Numbered from the stretch's first letter, positions 10,642 to 19,258 are shown. The stretch: DNA of 64,000 bases from Cryomorpha sp. (GCA_041749535.1 JBGTBE010000042.1:70702-134701), one strand, 5' to 3'. The notes: generated from the letters alone by a model not told the origin. Numbers and translations are program-made.

Positions 10642-11232
10642 ATGAAAGCATCAAACATCAACTTAAGAAATTTCATCAGGCCCGCATTAATGATCATTCT
10701 GCTAGCTGCAATTACAACCTCCTGTAAGAAAAACAAAGAAGTAGCTGCTCCTGAAGGAGAAGTATTGATAAACGAATACTGTGCAGGTCCAGAGTTTTTC
10801 AGCAACAATGAATTTTTCCGCTCCAATGGCCTTGGCGAAAGTATGGACCAGGCTACAGCAAAGAAAAAAGCCTACAGCAACGCCCGTGCTGACCTTGCAT
10901 CCGCCATCAACACTACGATAAAAGGCACCATTGACAATTATGTAAACAGCCGTGAGTTTAACAACCGCGAAGAAGTAGAAGAAAGATTCGAAGGACTCAC
11001 CCGTGAGGTGATTGACCAGGAACTGAACGGTACCAAAACCATTTGCCAGAAGGCTGTGAAAGTAACTGAAAACAATAATTATAAATACTATATCGCACTT
11101 GAGTTGAGCGGTCAGGACCTACTGAAAGCAATGAATTCCAGACTTTCGTCTGATGAGCGCATGCGCGTGGACTATGACTACGAAAAGTTTAAAGAGACTT
11201 TCGAGAAAGAAATGGAAAATCTTAAGAAATAA
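10642..11232 (+). CDS. LPP20-family lipoprotein
   Basis: It has a lipobox (ITTSC) and the LPP20 signature NARADLASAINTTIKGTI. It is the last gene of the operon and is followed by a strong terminator. Confidence 0.6.
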   Translation: MKASNINLRNFIRPALMIILLAAITTSCKKNKEVAAPEGEVLINEYCAGPEFFSNNEFFRSNGLGESMDQATAKKKAYSNARADLASAINTTIKGTIDNYVNSREFNNREEVEERFEGLTREVIDQELNGTKTICQKAVKVTENNNYKYYIALELSGQDLLKAMNSRLSSDERMRVDYDYEKFKETFEKEMENLKK

Positions 11233-11250
11233 GATTTCTTTTGAAGACAT

Positions 11251-11290
11251 GAAAAGCCGCTGGATTTATTTCAGCGGTTTTTTTTTATTG
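11251..11290 (+). terminator. Rho-independent terminator of the lipoprotein operon
   Basis: AAAAGCCGCTG-GATTTATTT-CAGCGG is followed by a run of nine Ts. Confidence 0.65.
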
Positions 11291-11349
11291 CACTAAAAAC
11301 GACGATCAATTTAAGCGATCACTTGAAAAAAAAGCCAGCGAAATCTCCC

Positions 11350-11431
11350 CTTTCACCCAAAATCAAAAAGTCAGCGACCGGCTGTCGCTGCTTTTTTCAT
11401 TCCTTCCTGCGGCTCTGAGCAAGCTCAGCCG
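11350..11431. repeat. Copy 1 of an 80-bp repeat carrying a bidirectional intrinsic-terminator hairpin
   Basis: The sequence ...aaaagtcagcgaccGgctgtcgctgcttttttcattccttcctGcggctctgagcaagctcagccg occurs twice, 150 bp apart (copy 2 begins at 11499). The AGCGAC/GTCGCT stem is flanked by A/T runs on both strands. Confidence 0.7.
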
Positions 11432-11498
11432 ATTCTGTATGAAACATTCACGTGTATTGTGTTGCCCCGCCGTTGGCGCGGCGAACCCTGAGGGGGAG

Positions 11499-11599
11499 CC
11501 TTCACTCAAAATTAAAAAGTCAGCGACCTGCTGTCGCTGCTTTTTTCATTCCTTCCTCCGGCTCTGAGCAAGCTCAGCCGCAGGAAGGAATGAAAAAAG
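11499..11599. repeat. Copy 2 of the repeat, with a nested 17-bp perfect inverted repeat (11540-11556 and 11583-11599)
   Basis: cttttttcattccttcc...ggaaggaatgaaaaaag encloses a second hairpin, ggctctgagcaagctcagcc. It lies immediately 3' of the tRNA-His gene on the minus strand. Confidence 0.7.
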
Positions 11600-11636
11600 T
11601 CACCACGCTTTCGCGGGTGACTTTTTGTTTTTGGTG

Positions 11637-11711
11637 GGTGGAAGATGGGTTTCGAACCCACGACCTCCTGAACCACAATCAGGCGCTCTAACCAGCTGAG
11701 CTACAACCACC
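11637..11711 (-). tRNA. tRNA-His (anticodon GTG)
   Basis: The reverse complement reads G(-1)GTGGTTG-TA-GCTCAGCTGGTTAGAGC-G-CCTGA-TTGTGGT-TCAGG-AGGTC-GTGGG-TTCGAAA-CCCAT-CTTCCAC-C. It has the D, anticodon and T arms, a GTG anticodon, and the His-specific G-1:C73 pair. Positions 5:68 and 6:67 of the acceptor stem are T:T mismatches, and no CCA is encoded. Confidence 0.75.
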
Positions 11712-11777
11712 GTATATATTCAGGCGACAAATGTAATTCATTTATCGATTACAGCCATTCGTAAACTTCAACTTTTT

Positions 11778-13259
11778 TCAATTGGCAAGTGAGAACCCTT
11801 CACCGCCTACTACCCTGATTTCTGCATAAAGCAAGTGCGACTTGAGGATGAGATCATTCAATATATTCCTGGCTTCTATGAGTTTCGTTTCACGCGTATT
11901 GACCACAAAGAGACTGCTCTCCCCCAGCGAAAAAAGGGTTTGCTCCCCTTCCAAAAGTTGCGATAACAAGGAGACGTTTGTCTGGTACAGCCTGATCTGG
12001 TCTCTCAGGTTCGACATCCTAACGAGAAGGGCATTCAGTTCAGCATTGAGCTTTGCATTGTTGTCGAGGTACTCCTGGTCTACCAATTCCATTTTCACTT
12101 TGGCCATTCCCAGCTTGCCCCTTGCTTCCCGAATAAGCAGTGGGAAACTTGCTTTCGCTCCGAAAGTGTAGTTATTCTCAAAGAAAGTAGCATCCTGAAA
12201 GTATTCGTCAATTGGAGCGGGACTTACATTTTCGGTAATGATGTTGTACTTCAATTCTATCACAGGCCTGAGGTATTCTGCACTCAGCCTTCGTTCAAAA
12301 TCAAGTTGTGCCCTTTTATTTTGTAGCAAGTTCAATTCGGGGTGGTCAGATGGTATCTGCAGAGGTAATACCGAAAGTCGGGCATCCGAGAGCTCTTCCC
12401 AGATGGGCCTCACTCCAGGAGGAAGATTGACAAGATTTCCTTCAGCATCCCACAGATAAACGTTGGCCATATTTACAGCTTCCACCCATGCAGATTGTGC
12501 ATCCTTGAGTTGGTACAACCGCAAGATTACTTGGGTATACGCTTCTACGGTATCAATGGCAGGCACATCGCCGAACACAAAACTCTCGCGAACCCCTTCA
12601 AACCTGAACCTGGCCAGGTCAAGCGCATCTTCAGCTATTTCAAGGGCACGGTCTGCATTGGACCATTTATAATAAGCGGCGGTAGCTTCCAGGTACAGTT
12701 GGTTGAGCATTATTCTTTGCTCAATTAATCCCATTTCGAAACCCAGCTCGGCCTGCTTTAAAGCAGCCCTGCGGCTATCCATGAGCAAGCCTGCACCGAG
12801 CTGGGCTGTAATGCCAGCATGGAAAAGGCCGCGAGGGGGAACGGTCGCTTCGGGATTCAGGAAGAGGCCTTGGTTGTCTTCGTACCCACCCTGTAGGCTC
12901 AAGCCAAACCATGTGGGAATCTCGACACCAGCTTGCAGCACAGTATAATAATCAGTTTCGCTATACTGTTTCGTCCTGTAGTTACCATATAGTTTAGGAT
13001 CAAAACCACCTCTTGATGAAGTTAGCATATTCTTCGCAAAATCTACACCTAGATTGGCACTCTTCGCAACGGGGTGATACGCTGCCACCCAGTTCAGATA
13101 ACTATCATAACTGAGCAGCGAATCGCTGACATGGTAAAGAGAATCCATCTCTGCAGTGGAATTTCCAACATCTTCGCTGCTATCTGGCAACTCTGAAACT
13201 TGGGCCATACCATACAGGCTAAGGATGAAGGCCAATATATTCAAAGACAATTGCCTCAT
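11778..13259 (-). CDS. TolC-family outer-membrane efflux protein
   Basis: It has a signal peptide (MRQLSLNILAFILSLYGMAQ), is 493 aa, and has the TolC-like duplicated coiled-coil/beta architecture. Its start overlaps the HlyD stop. Confidence 0.75.
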   Translation of the reverse strand: MRQLSLNILAFILSLYGMAQVSELPDSSEDVGNSTAEMDSLYHVSDSLLSYDSYLNWVAAYHPVAKSANLGVDFAKNMLTSSRGGFDPKLYGNYRTKQYSETDYYTVLQAGVEIPTWFGLSLQGGYEDNQGLFLNPEATVPPRGLFHAGITAQLGAGLLMDSRRAALKQAELGFEMGLIEQRIMLNQLYLEATAAYYKWSNADRALEIAEDALDLARFRFEGVRESFVFGDVPAIDTVEAYTQVILRLYQLKDAQSAWVEAVNMANVYLWDAEGNLVNLPPGVRPIWEELSDARLSVLPLQIPSDHPELNLLQNKRAQLDFERRLSAEYLRPVIELKYNIITENVSPAPIDEYFQDATFFENNYTFGAKASFPLLIREARGKLGMAKVKMELVDQEYLDNNAKLNAELNALLVRMSNLRDQIRLYQTNVSLLSQLLEGEQTLFSLGESSLFVVNTRETKLIEARNILNDLILKSHLLYAEIRVVGGEGFSLAN

Positions 13260-14656
13260 TTTATTTGAAGATTATCAATGAATTCTCCTGTTTTTGGATC
13301 TCTTTTCTGATCATTGATATAATAGTCGGGAGGAAATCCATTTAACTGACGCCACAACTCATACCAAAGCGGTACATCTTTGAGGAGCAGTATACCGCTC
13401 GAACCAGTCCCTACGCGCAATTCTCCGGGCCAGGGATTCTCTTTCGTATCAGGTACCACAATAATCCTGTACTTACCATTGGGTGAAATGAAGTTGTCAA
13501 TTGCGAATATTTTCCCTCCAAAAGTCCCGTTGCTCAGTTGGGGCCATCCGGAGAATACGATGGCTGGCCATCCATCGAAGACAAGCCGAACAGTCCTATC
13601 TTTTTCCAATAATGGAAAATTAATAGGCTCCACATACATTTCTACGGCCAAATCATACGTAGCAGGCATGATGCTCACTATTTTGCTTCCTTCCTGTATT
13701 GTTTCGCCAATACCCTGGGAAATGGCCTTGGTGACGTAGCCACGCACGGGGGCCTTAATAAAGTAATTGTCCAGTCGTACCTGATAATTGGAAAGTTGAT
13801 TTTTCATTTTGGCAATCTCCGCCTGTGTGTCATAGAAGGTAGAGATGGCAGTATTTCTTTCGGACTGGGCCTTGGCAAGTTTTTCCTTGTAATCATTTGC
13901 AATTGCACTCAGCTCAATGCCCGCATTGATGAGTTCATTTCTGGATGAGAGGAGTTTATTCTCGGCAGAAATTAACCCAGCTTGGTGCTCTTGCAAAAGC
14001 AGTCGCCTGGCTTCCAAATCGGTAAGAGATTTGAGTCCTTGCTCGTATAGTTCCTCCATTCGCTGAAGTCGCTGGGTGGCGATTTGATAGTCTAGTTTGC
14101 TGGCTTGCACCGCCATGCTGTCTGAGATTACCAGGAGTCTGGTTTGCTCCAATTTATTTTTGGCTTGCTCCAGCTTATTCGCTCGGGTAGAGCTGAGTGC
14201 TTCCATCTGCGAAGTCAGGGCTTCCGCCTTCTGATTATAGTTGATGGCAGCCTGTTGTTTTGCCTCAATTTGTTCAGCGGTGCGTTCCAACAAGGCCGGA
14301 TCAAAATATGCATCTTTCACTTCAGTAATTTTCACGATGGTATCACCTACTTCTACAAAATCTCCTTCTTTTACAAACCACGAATCTATTCGTCCTGGGA
14401 TCACATTCTGTACCGTTTGCGGTCTCTGCTCAGGATACAGTGTTGTTAGCTTTCCAGGAACCCTCATATTCTGGGTCCAGGGCAAAAAAAGAGCAAGTAG
14501 CATGATGAGAAGGATGACCACGAAAATTCTCAAGAGCTTCAAAGGCTTTTCCCTGTCGGCAACAGCTGAGAGCGAGAGGTAATTTCCTAAGTATTGACTT
14601 TGGTCAATTCTGTTATCCGATAAGTTTAGCATGTTCTGATTGTTTAAATGCACCAA
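13256..14656 (-). CDS. HlyD-family membrane-fusion (periplasmic adaptor) protein
   Basis: It has a single N-terminal TM segment (LLRIFVVILLIMLLALF), long coiled-coil segments, and a C-terminal beta-barrel region typical of HlyD/EmrA adaptors. Confidence 0.8.
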   Translation of the reverse strand: MVHLNNQNMLNLSDNRIDQSQYLGNYLSLSAVADREKPLKLLRIFVVILLIMLLALFLPWTQNMRVPGKLTTLYPEQRPQTVQNVIPGRIDSWFVKEGDFVEVGDTIVKITEVKDAYFDPALLERTAEQIEAKQQAAINYNQKAEALTSQMEALSSTRANKLEQAKNKLEQTRLLVISDSMAVQASKLDYQIATQRLQRMEELYEQGLKSLTDLEARRLLLQEHQAGLISAENKLLSSRNELINAGIELSAIANDYKEKLAKAQSERNTAISTFYDTQAEIAKMKNQLSNYQVRLDNYFIKAPVRGYVTKAISQGIGETIQEGSKIVSIMPATYDLAVEMYVEPINFPLLEKDRTVRLVFDGWPAIVFSGWPQLSNGTFGGKIFAIDNFISPNGKYRIIVVPDTKENPWPGELRVGTGSSGILLLKDVPLWYELWRQLNGFPPDYYINDQKRDPKTGEFIDNLQIK

Positions 14657-16331
14657 AGTCTCCCGAGAATATCACCGAGCCATTCTTCAAGAACAGAATA
14701 CGGTCCGCTCTGCTCAAGAATCCTTCGTCACGGGTAGAGGCGATGACCGTCCAATTTTTTGCAAAAACATAATCGTAAAATTTCTTTTCCTCCGCACTAA
14801 GCAGGAAGTTGGTTTCGAGTTCCAGAAGTAGAAGTCGCGGATTGGCAACGATGCTTCGCGCCAGAATTATTTTCTTTGCAAGTGTGCGGGGCAGCTTCAT
14901 TCCTTCAGGAAAAAGCTGGGTGTTCAAACCATCTTCAAGAAAATTAATTTCGCTCAACGCACTGACTACATCCAAGGCCTGGTTTACCATTGTGTCGGTA
15001 ATCTTGCTTTTGCCAAGTGTGATATTGTCTCTTAATGTGCCCCTGAATATTGCTTCCTGCCAAATGTTATCGCCAATATCGCAGCGCAGGTAATCTTTTC
15101 TCAAAGCGTTTATATGAAAACCATTAAAGGAGATACTTCCGTCGTAATCTTCATACACACCTGTGAGCAATTGCATGATGGTGCTCTTGCCCGCCCCCTG
15201 TATGCCAGCAAGCGCAATCTTTTGTCCAGGCTCAGCGCGCATGGAAACCCTGTCGATTACCAGCGGGCTCTTCTCTGAATATCGAAAGCTGAGATTGTTT
15301 ACTTCGATGTCAAAGCCATGCTGCTCAAGCGGAATTTGAGGTGCATTCTGCTTTTCTTCTTCCATTTCAAGGTCTGTAATGGCACCAATTTTTTCGAGAG
15401 ATGTGAGCACGTCGTAAACTGTTTCTAATCCTATAATGAGTTTTTCAATGGAGTTCATTATAAGAATGATGATGATCTCTACAGCCACAAATTGTCCCAG
15501 GCTTATCTCATTCTCTATAAGTAGCAAGCTCCCTGTAATGAGCAGAACCACTATGGAAACTACTTTGAAAGCCACCATGGCTTTATACTGCGTGATAAGT
15601 ATACCAAAGTGTTTGTTTCTAAAATTGAGGTATCCCATTATCAGCCTGTCCACTGTGACTAAGGGAAGGTCAGTGATTCCCGCCAGTTTAAAGGTACCCA
15701 TGGTTCTTGCAAGTTCCTCTAGCCAATGGGCTACTTCATACTTCTTTGAAGATTCATTTATAGAAGTAACTACTCCTTGAGGGCCAGTGAATTTGAACAA
15801 CAGATAAAGCAGAATAAGCACCCCAAGAGAGAAAAAGAAAAATGCAGGGTGGTAAATCGAAATCAAGACCAAACCTAAGCACACCTGCAGGGCAGCCGTT
15901 GGGAAATCTACCAGCAACTTTGCCACTCCTTTTTGCAAATTAACAGTATCAAAGAACTGATTAACCATTTCAGGCGCGTACCTGTTTTGCATGGCTTCAA
16001 GCTTGATCCGAGGAATGCGAACGGCAAGCTCAAAAGACGATTTTGTAAATATTCTTTGTTGAAGTTTCTCTGTCAATGTGAGTTGCCCAATTTGTATAAT
16101 CCCGGATAGTGCGATGCCAACCGCTACTAAAATAGTAAGCAACACCCATGAAGAGGATACCCTGCCGCCCATGATAAAGTTCAAGATGGCTTGGATACCA
16201 AGCGGTAGGGTAAGGACAATAATTCCATTGACCAAAGCAAGAAACAACACGAGGTAGATGAGCTTCCTTTCGGTGCGCAGCAATCTACCCAATCTTTCTA
16301 CAGGTTTATAGTGATTTATTTTGCTGGCCAT
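14613..16331 (-). CDS. ABC exporter (TMD-NBD half-transporter, no C39 peptidase domain) with a degenerate nucleotide-binding domain
   Basis: Six predicted TM helices are followed by an NBD. Walker A is intact (GIQGAGKST) and the Q-loop is present (IWQEAIF). The signature reads LPRTLAKK instead of LSGGQKQR, the Walker B region reads LLLLELET instead of hhhhDEAT, and the H-loop reads ASTRDE. Confidence 0.8.
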   Translation of the reverse strand: MASKINHYKPVERLGRLLRTERKLIYLVLFLALVNGIIVLTLPLGIQAILNFIMGGRVSSSWVLLTILVAVGIALSGIIQIGQLTLTEKLQQRIFTKSSFELAVRIPRIKLEAMQNRYAPEMVNQFFDTVNLQKGVAKLLVDFPTAALQVCLGLVLISIYHPAFFFFSLGVLILLYLLFKFTGPQGVVTSINESSKKYEVAHWLEELARTMGTFKLAGITDLPLVTVDRLIMGYLNFRNKHFGILITQYKAMVAFKVVSIVVLLITGSLLLIENEISLGQFVAVEIIIILIMNSIEKLIIGLETVYDVLTSLEKIGAITDLEMEEEKQNAPQIPLEQHGFDIEVNNLSFRYSEKSPLVIDRVSMRAEPGQKIALAGIQGAGKSTIMQLLTGVYEDYDGSISFNGFHINALRKDYLRCDIGDNIWQEAIFRGTLRDNITLGKSKITDTMVNQALDVVSALSEINFLEDGLNTQLFPEGMKLPRTLAKKIILARSIVANPRLLLLELETNFLLSAEEKKFYDYVFAKNWTVIASTRDEGFLSRADRILFLKNGSVIFSGDFGAFKQSEHAKLIG

Positions 16332-17002
16332 TGATCTATTGTTCTAAATATTAATTGCTTGTAAAACTCACCTCCCACAACTTGATCGTGACCAATGTCG
16401 CTTAGTGAAGGCAAATGCTGTGCGAAGTATATCTGGTCCAGGTGAGATGAAAAAAGCAAGGAAGACAGAGAATGTGCATAAGGATAGTTCGGAGAAAAAT
16501 CTTCGATGAGTGAAGCCACCCGATTACATAAAGACTTGAACTGAACGAAAAGACCTTCTTTATTGTCCATATCTACTTCTTTGGTTAGATATGCCTTCGA
16601 AGATTCTGAAATAATCACCCTCTCGAGCTTTTGTAAGTCAAAAGGAGGGTTGTTCATTTCCCGCAAGTGCCCGGTTATTATTTCTATGGCCCTATTGAGG
16701 CGCAGCTCGGCAGAAGGTAGATTTGCAGTGCCAAACACCAGGCTGTATTCCATCCATCCCCAATACCAGGATGTGTAGTAGAGCAAAAGCTTGTGCTTAT
16801 TCTCAAAATATCGATACAGGGCACTTTCTGTGGTACCAATTTCTGTGGCCAACTTTTTGAAGGTAAATCGCTCCAGTCCAAGGGAATCTATCAAGGGCAA
16901 TGCGTTCAATAGCAATATCTTTCCCAATTCTGAAGTTGATGGATCCTTGAGGTATACCTTCTCGCTTACGGCAATTCTTACGTTTGTGAGTTGTGTAGGC
17001 AT
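16316..17002 (-). CDS. TetR/AcrR-family transcriptional regulator
   Basis: It has an N-terminal HTH (FTFKKLATEIGTTESALYRYFENKHKLL). It is the first gene of the minus-strand operon and overlaps the ABC gene start. Confidence 0.8.
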   Translation of the reverse strand: MPTQLTNVRIAVSEKVYLKDPSTSELGKILLLNALPLIDSLGLERFTFKKLATEIGTTESALYRYFENKHKLLLYYTSWYWGWMEYSLVFGTANLPSAELRLNRAIEIITGHLREMNNPPFDLQKLERVIISESSKAYLTKEVDMDNKEGLFVQFKSLCNRVASLIEDFSPNYPYAHSLSSLLFSSHLDQIYFAQHLPSLSDIGHDQVVGGEFYKQLIFRTIDQWPAK

Positions 17003-17012
17003 TATACTTAAT

Positions 17013-17031
17013 TTGCGTGTAAAACACGCAA
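17013..17031. promoter_or_regulatory. Candidate TetR operator: the perfect palindrome TTGCGTGT-AAA-ACACGCAA
   Basis: It has 8-bp inverted arms and lies 11-29 bp upstream of the tetR start, in the divergent tetR/copA intergenic region. Confidence 0.5.
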
Positions 17032-17143
17032 ATATATAGTATTGTTTACTATTGGCGATAATTAATCTTCAATTCCTTTAACCCACGTCATCAAACCCTC
17101 TCCGAATTCAGAGCCATTAATTAGTATAGCGTATTTTTGCACC

Positions 17144-19240
17144 ATGGCACACAACGAAATCCTGCTGAAGGTAGACGGCATGACCTGCAACAACTGTGCG
17201 GAGGGCATCACAAAATCACTTCGCTCAAAAGGATTTGCTGATGCTGATACGGATTTTATGGAGGGCGAAGTATCGTTCACGCTTGTAGATGGTAAATCTG
17301 CACAACTTGCTATAGATCAAATTGAAGATCTGGGATATTCTGTACGCGGCGCACACTCTGATGAAATTAAAGCGGCAAGCACCATAGAAAAAAAGTTTCT
17401 TTTTGCCTTAGTCTTCACTGTGCCCCTTTTCATGCACATGTTCGCCCCAGATCATTGGTGGATCAACGACCCAATCGTTCAGCTTCTGCTTTGTGTTCCT
17501 GTTTACATCTTGGGATTCACCCACTTCGGAAAATCAGCCTGGGGTTCTATCAAGGCCAGGTATACCAACATGGATGTACTTATTTTCATCGGTACTACTG
17601 CTGCATTTGTGTACAGTTTGGCCGGTACAATATTGTTTTGGGGCACTGATACCGTGCACAGCTATTTATATTTTGAAACCACTGCAACCATCATTACCCT
17701 TGTGTTGCTAGGCAACGTAATGGAGCATCGCAGCATTCAGCAAACATCGCACAGCCTGGGCGAGTTGAGCCGATTGGAGCCCTTGGTTGCAAGGATTGTG
17801 CTGCGGGTCGCAGGCATGGAAAAACTGTTTCTTACCACCCCCAATGTGGTGAAAGAAGGTGATCTACTTCAGGTGAACGAAGGGGACCGATTTCCAACAG
17901 ATGGGAAAGTAATTGAGGGAACAGCACTTGTAGATGAATCGGCTATATCTGGAGAGAGTGCTCCGGTTCAAAAAGAGCTGAATAGTATTGTCTTTTCCGG
18001 AACGGTGATCATCTCGGGAAATGTACGGGTAAGGGCAACAGCTGAAGCAAAAGACTCAACCCTGAAGAAAATTACCGAACTCGTAAAAAAGGCGCGAAAG
18101 GAGCAACCCGATATTCAAAAACTGGGCGACAAAGTGAGCGCGGTATTCGTGCCCTCTGTGCTGATTGTTTCTGTATTGACATTTACAATTTCTTATTTTG
18201 CTTTTGACGTAAGCCTCACCGAATCGCTGATGAATGCCATTGCGGTGCTCGTAATATCATGTCCATGCGCCATGGGACTGGCCACTCCAACTGCTGTGGT
18301 AGTAGGAGTCGGGAGGGCTGCCAAACAGGGTATATTGATAAAGGGTGGTGACACCATTGAGAGATTTGTAAAAGCTGACATCATCATTTTTGACAAAACC
18401 GGAACGCTCACTACCGGTGCTTTTAGTCCTCAAATCATTAAAAACAACATCGGCGGGCGGGCCATTTCACTTATCAAATCTCTTGAGTCAGGATCTTCCC
18501 ATCCCATCGCCAAATCACTTGTGGCACATTGGACAGATACTGTGGGCGAAACACTCACTTCGGTGACCGAATCCAAGGGCAAAGGAATGAGCGGAATTGC
18601 GGAAAATGGAGATGTGATAGCCTTCGGAAAAGCGGCTCCAGGAAATGATGCAGATCTTGCCCTTACCATCAATGGAAAGGAAGAAGCATGGCTCTCCATT
18701 GCCGACAGGATAAAACCCGGTGCCAGGGAAATGATTCACTTCTTTCAGAAAGAGGGTTTGCGCGTAATTCTTCTCTCTGGCGACAAAGCAGAAAAAGTGG
18801 AAGAAGTTGCCCGGCAGCTTGGCATCACAGAATGGTATGGAGATGTGAATCCTGAAGGAAAACTGTATAAGCTAGAACAGTTCTCAGCTAATAATCGAGT
18901 TGCAATGGTGGGCGATGGTGTAAATGATGGGCCAGCGCTCTCAAGAGCACATGTAGGTATTGCGCCGGGTGGTGCTTCATCCCTGGCTTTTGATTCAGCA
19001 AGAATTGTAATCATGAACTCCAATGAAATGGATAGCCTTACAATGGCTTTTAAAACTGCGAAACATACCTACCTCACCATACGTCAAAATCTATTTTGGG
19101 CCTTTGCGTACAATGTAGTAGCAATACCCATAGCTGCATTTGGATTCTTAAACCCAATGATTGCAGCGCTTGCGATGGCTTTCAGTGATGTGGTGGTAAT
19201 AGGAAACTCTCTCAGGCTGAAGAAAAAGAAGCTTGGGTAG
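17144..19240 (+). CDS. copA: Copper-translocating P1B-type ATPase
   Basis: It has an N-terminal HMA domain (GMTCNNCAEGI), a CPC motif in its transmembrane domain (ISCPCAMGLATP), DKTGTLT, and a GDGVNDGPAL hinge. Confidence 0.9.
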   Translation: MAHNEILLKVDGMTCNNCAEGITKSLRSKGFADADTDFMEGEVSFTLVDGKSAQLAIDQIEDLGYSVRGAHSDEIKAASTIEKKFLFALVFTVPLFMHMFAPDHWWINDPIVQLLLCVPVYILGFTHFGKSAWGSIKARYTNMDVLIFIGTTAAFVYSLAGTILFWGTDTVHSYLYFETTATIITLVLLGNVMEHRSIQQTSHSLGELSRLEPLVARIVLRVAGMEKLFLTTPNVVKEGDLLQVNEGDRFPTDGKVIEGTALVDESAISGESAPVQKELNSIVFSGTVIISGNVRVRATAEAKDSTLKKITELVKKARKEQPDIQKLGDKVSAVFVPSVLIVSVLTFTISYFAFDVSLTESLMNAIAVLVISCPCAMGLATPTAVVVGVGRAAKQGILIKGGDTIERFVKADIIIFDKTGTLTTGAFSPQIIKNNIGGRAISLIKSLESGSSHPIAKSLVAHWTDTVGETLTSVTESKGKGMSGIAENGDVIAFGKAAPGNDADLALTINGKEEAWLSIADRIKPGAREMIHFFQKEGLRVILLSGDKAEKVEEVARQLGITEWYGDVNPEGKLYKLEQFSANNRVAMVGDGVNDGPALSRAHVGIAPGGASSLAFDSARIVIMNSNEMDSLTMAFKTAKHTYLTIRQNLFWAFAYNVVAIPIAAFGFLNPMIAALAMAFSDVVVIGNSLRLKKKKLG

Positions 19241-19258
19241 TCTTAAATTTGGAGATTT

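Noticed and set aside
11452-11691. Plus-strand ORF of 79 aa
   Set aside because: It spans the repeat/terminator module and overlaps the tRNA-His gene, so it is spurious.
11350-11711. Direct repeats next to a tRNA as att sites of an integrated element
   Set aside because: The repeats share no sequence with the tRNA 3' end, and there is no integrase or transposase anywhere in the window. They fit terminator modules better.
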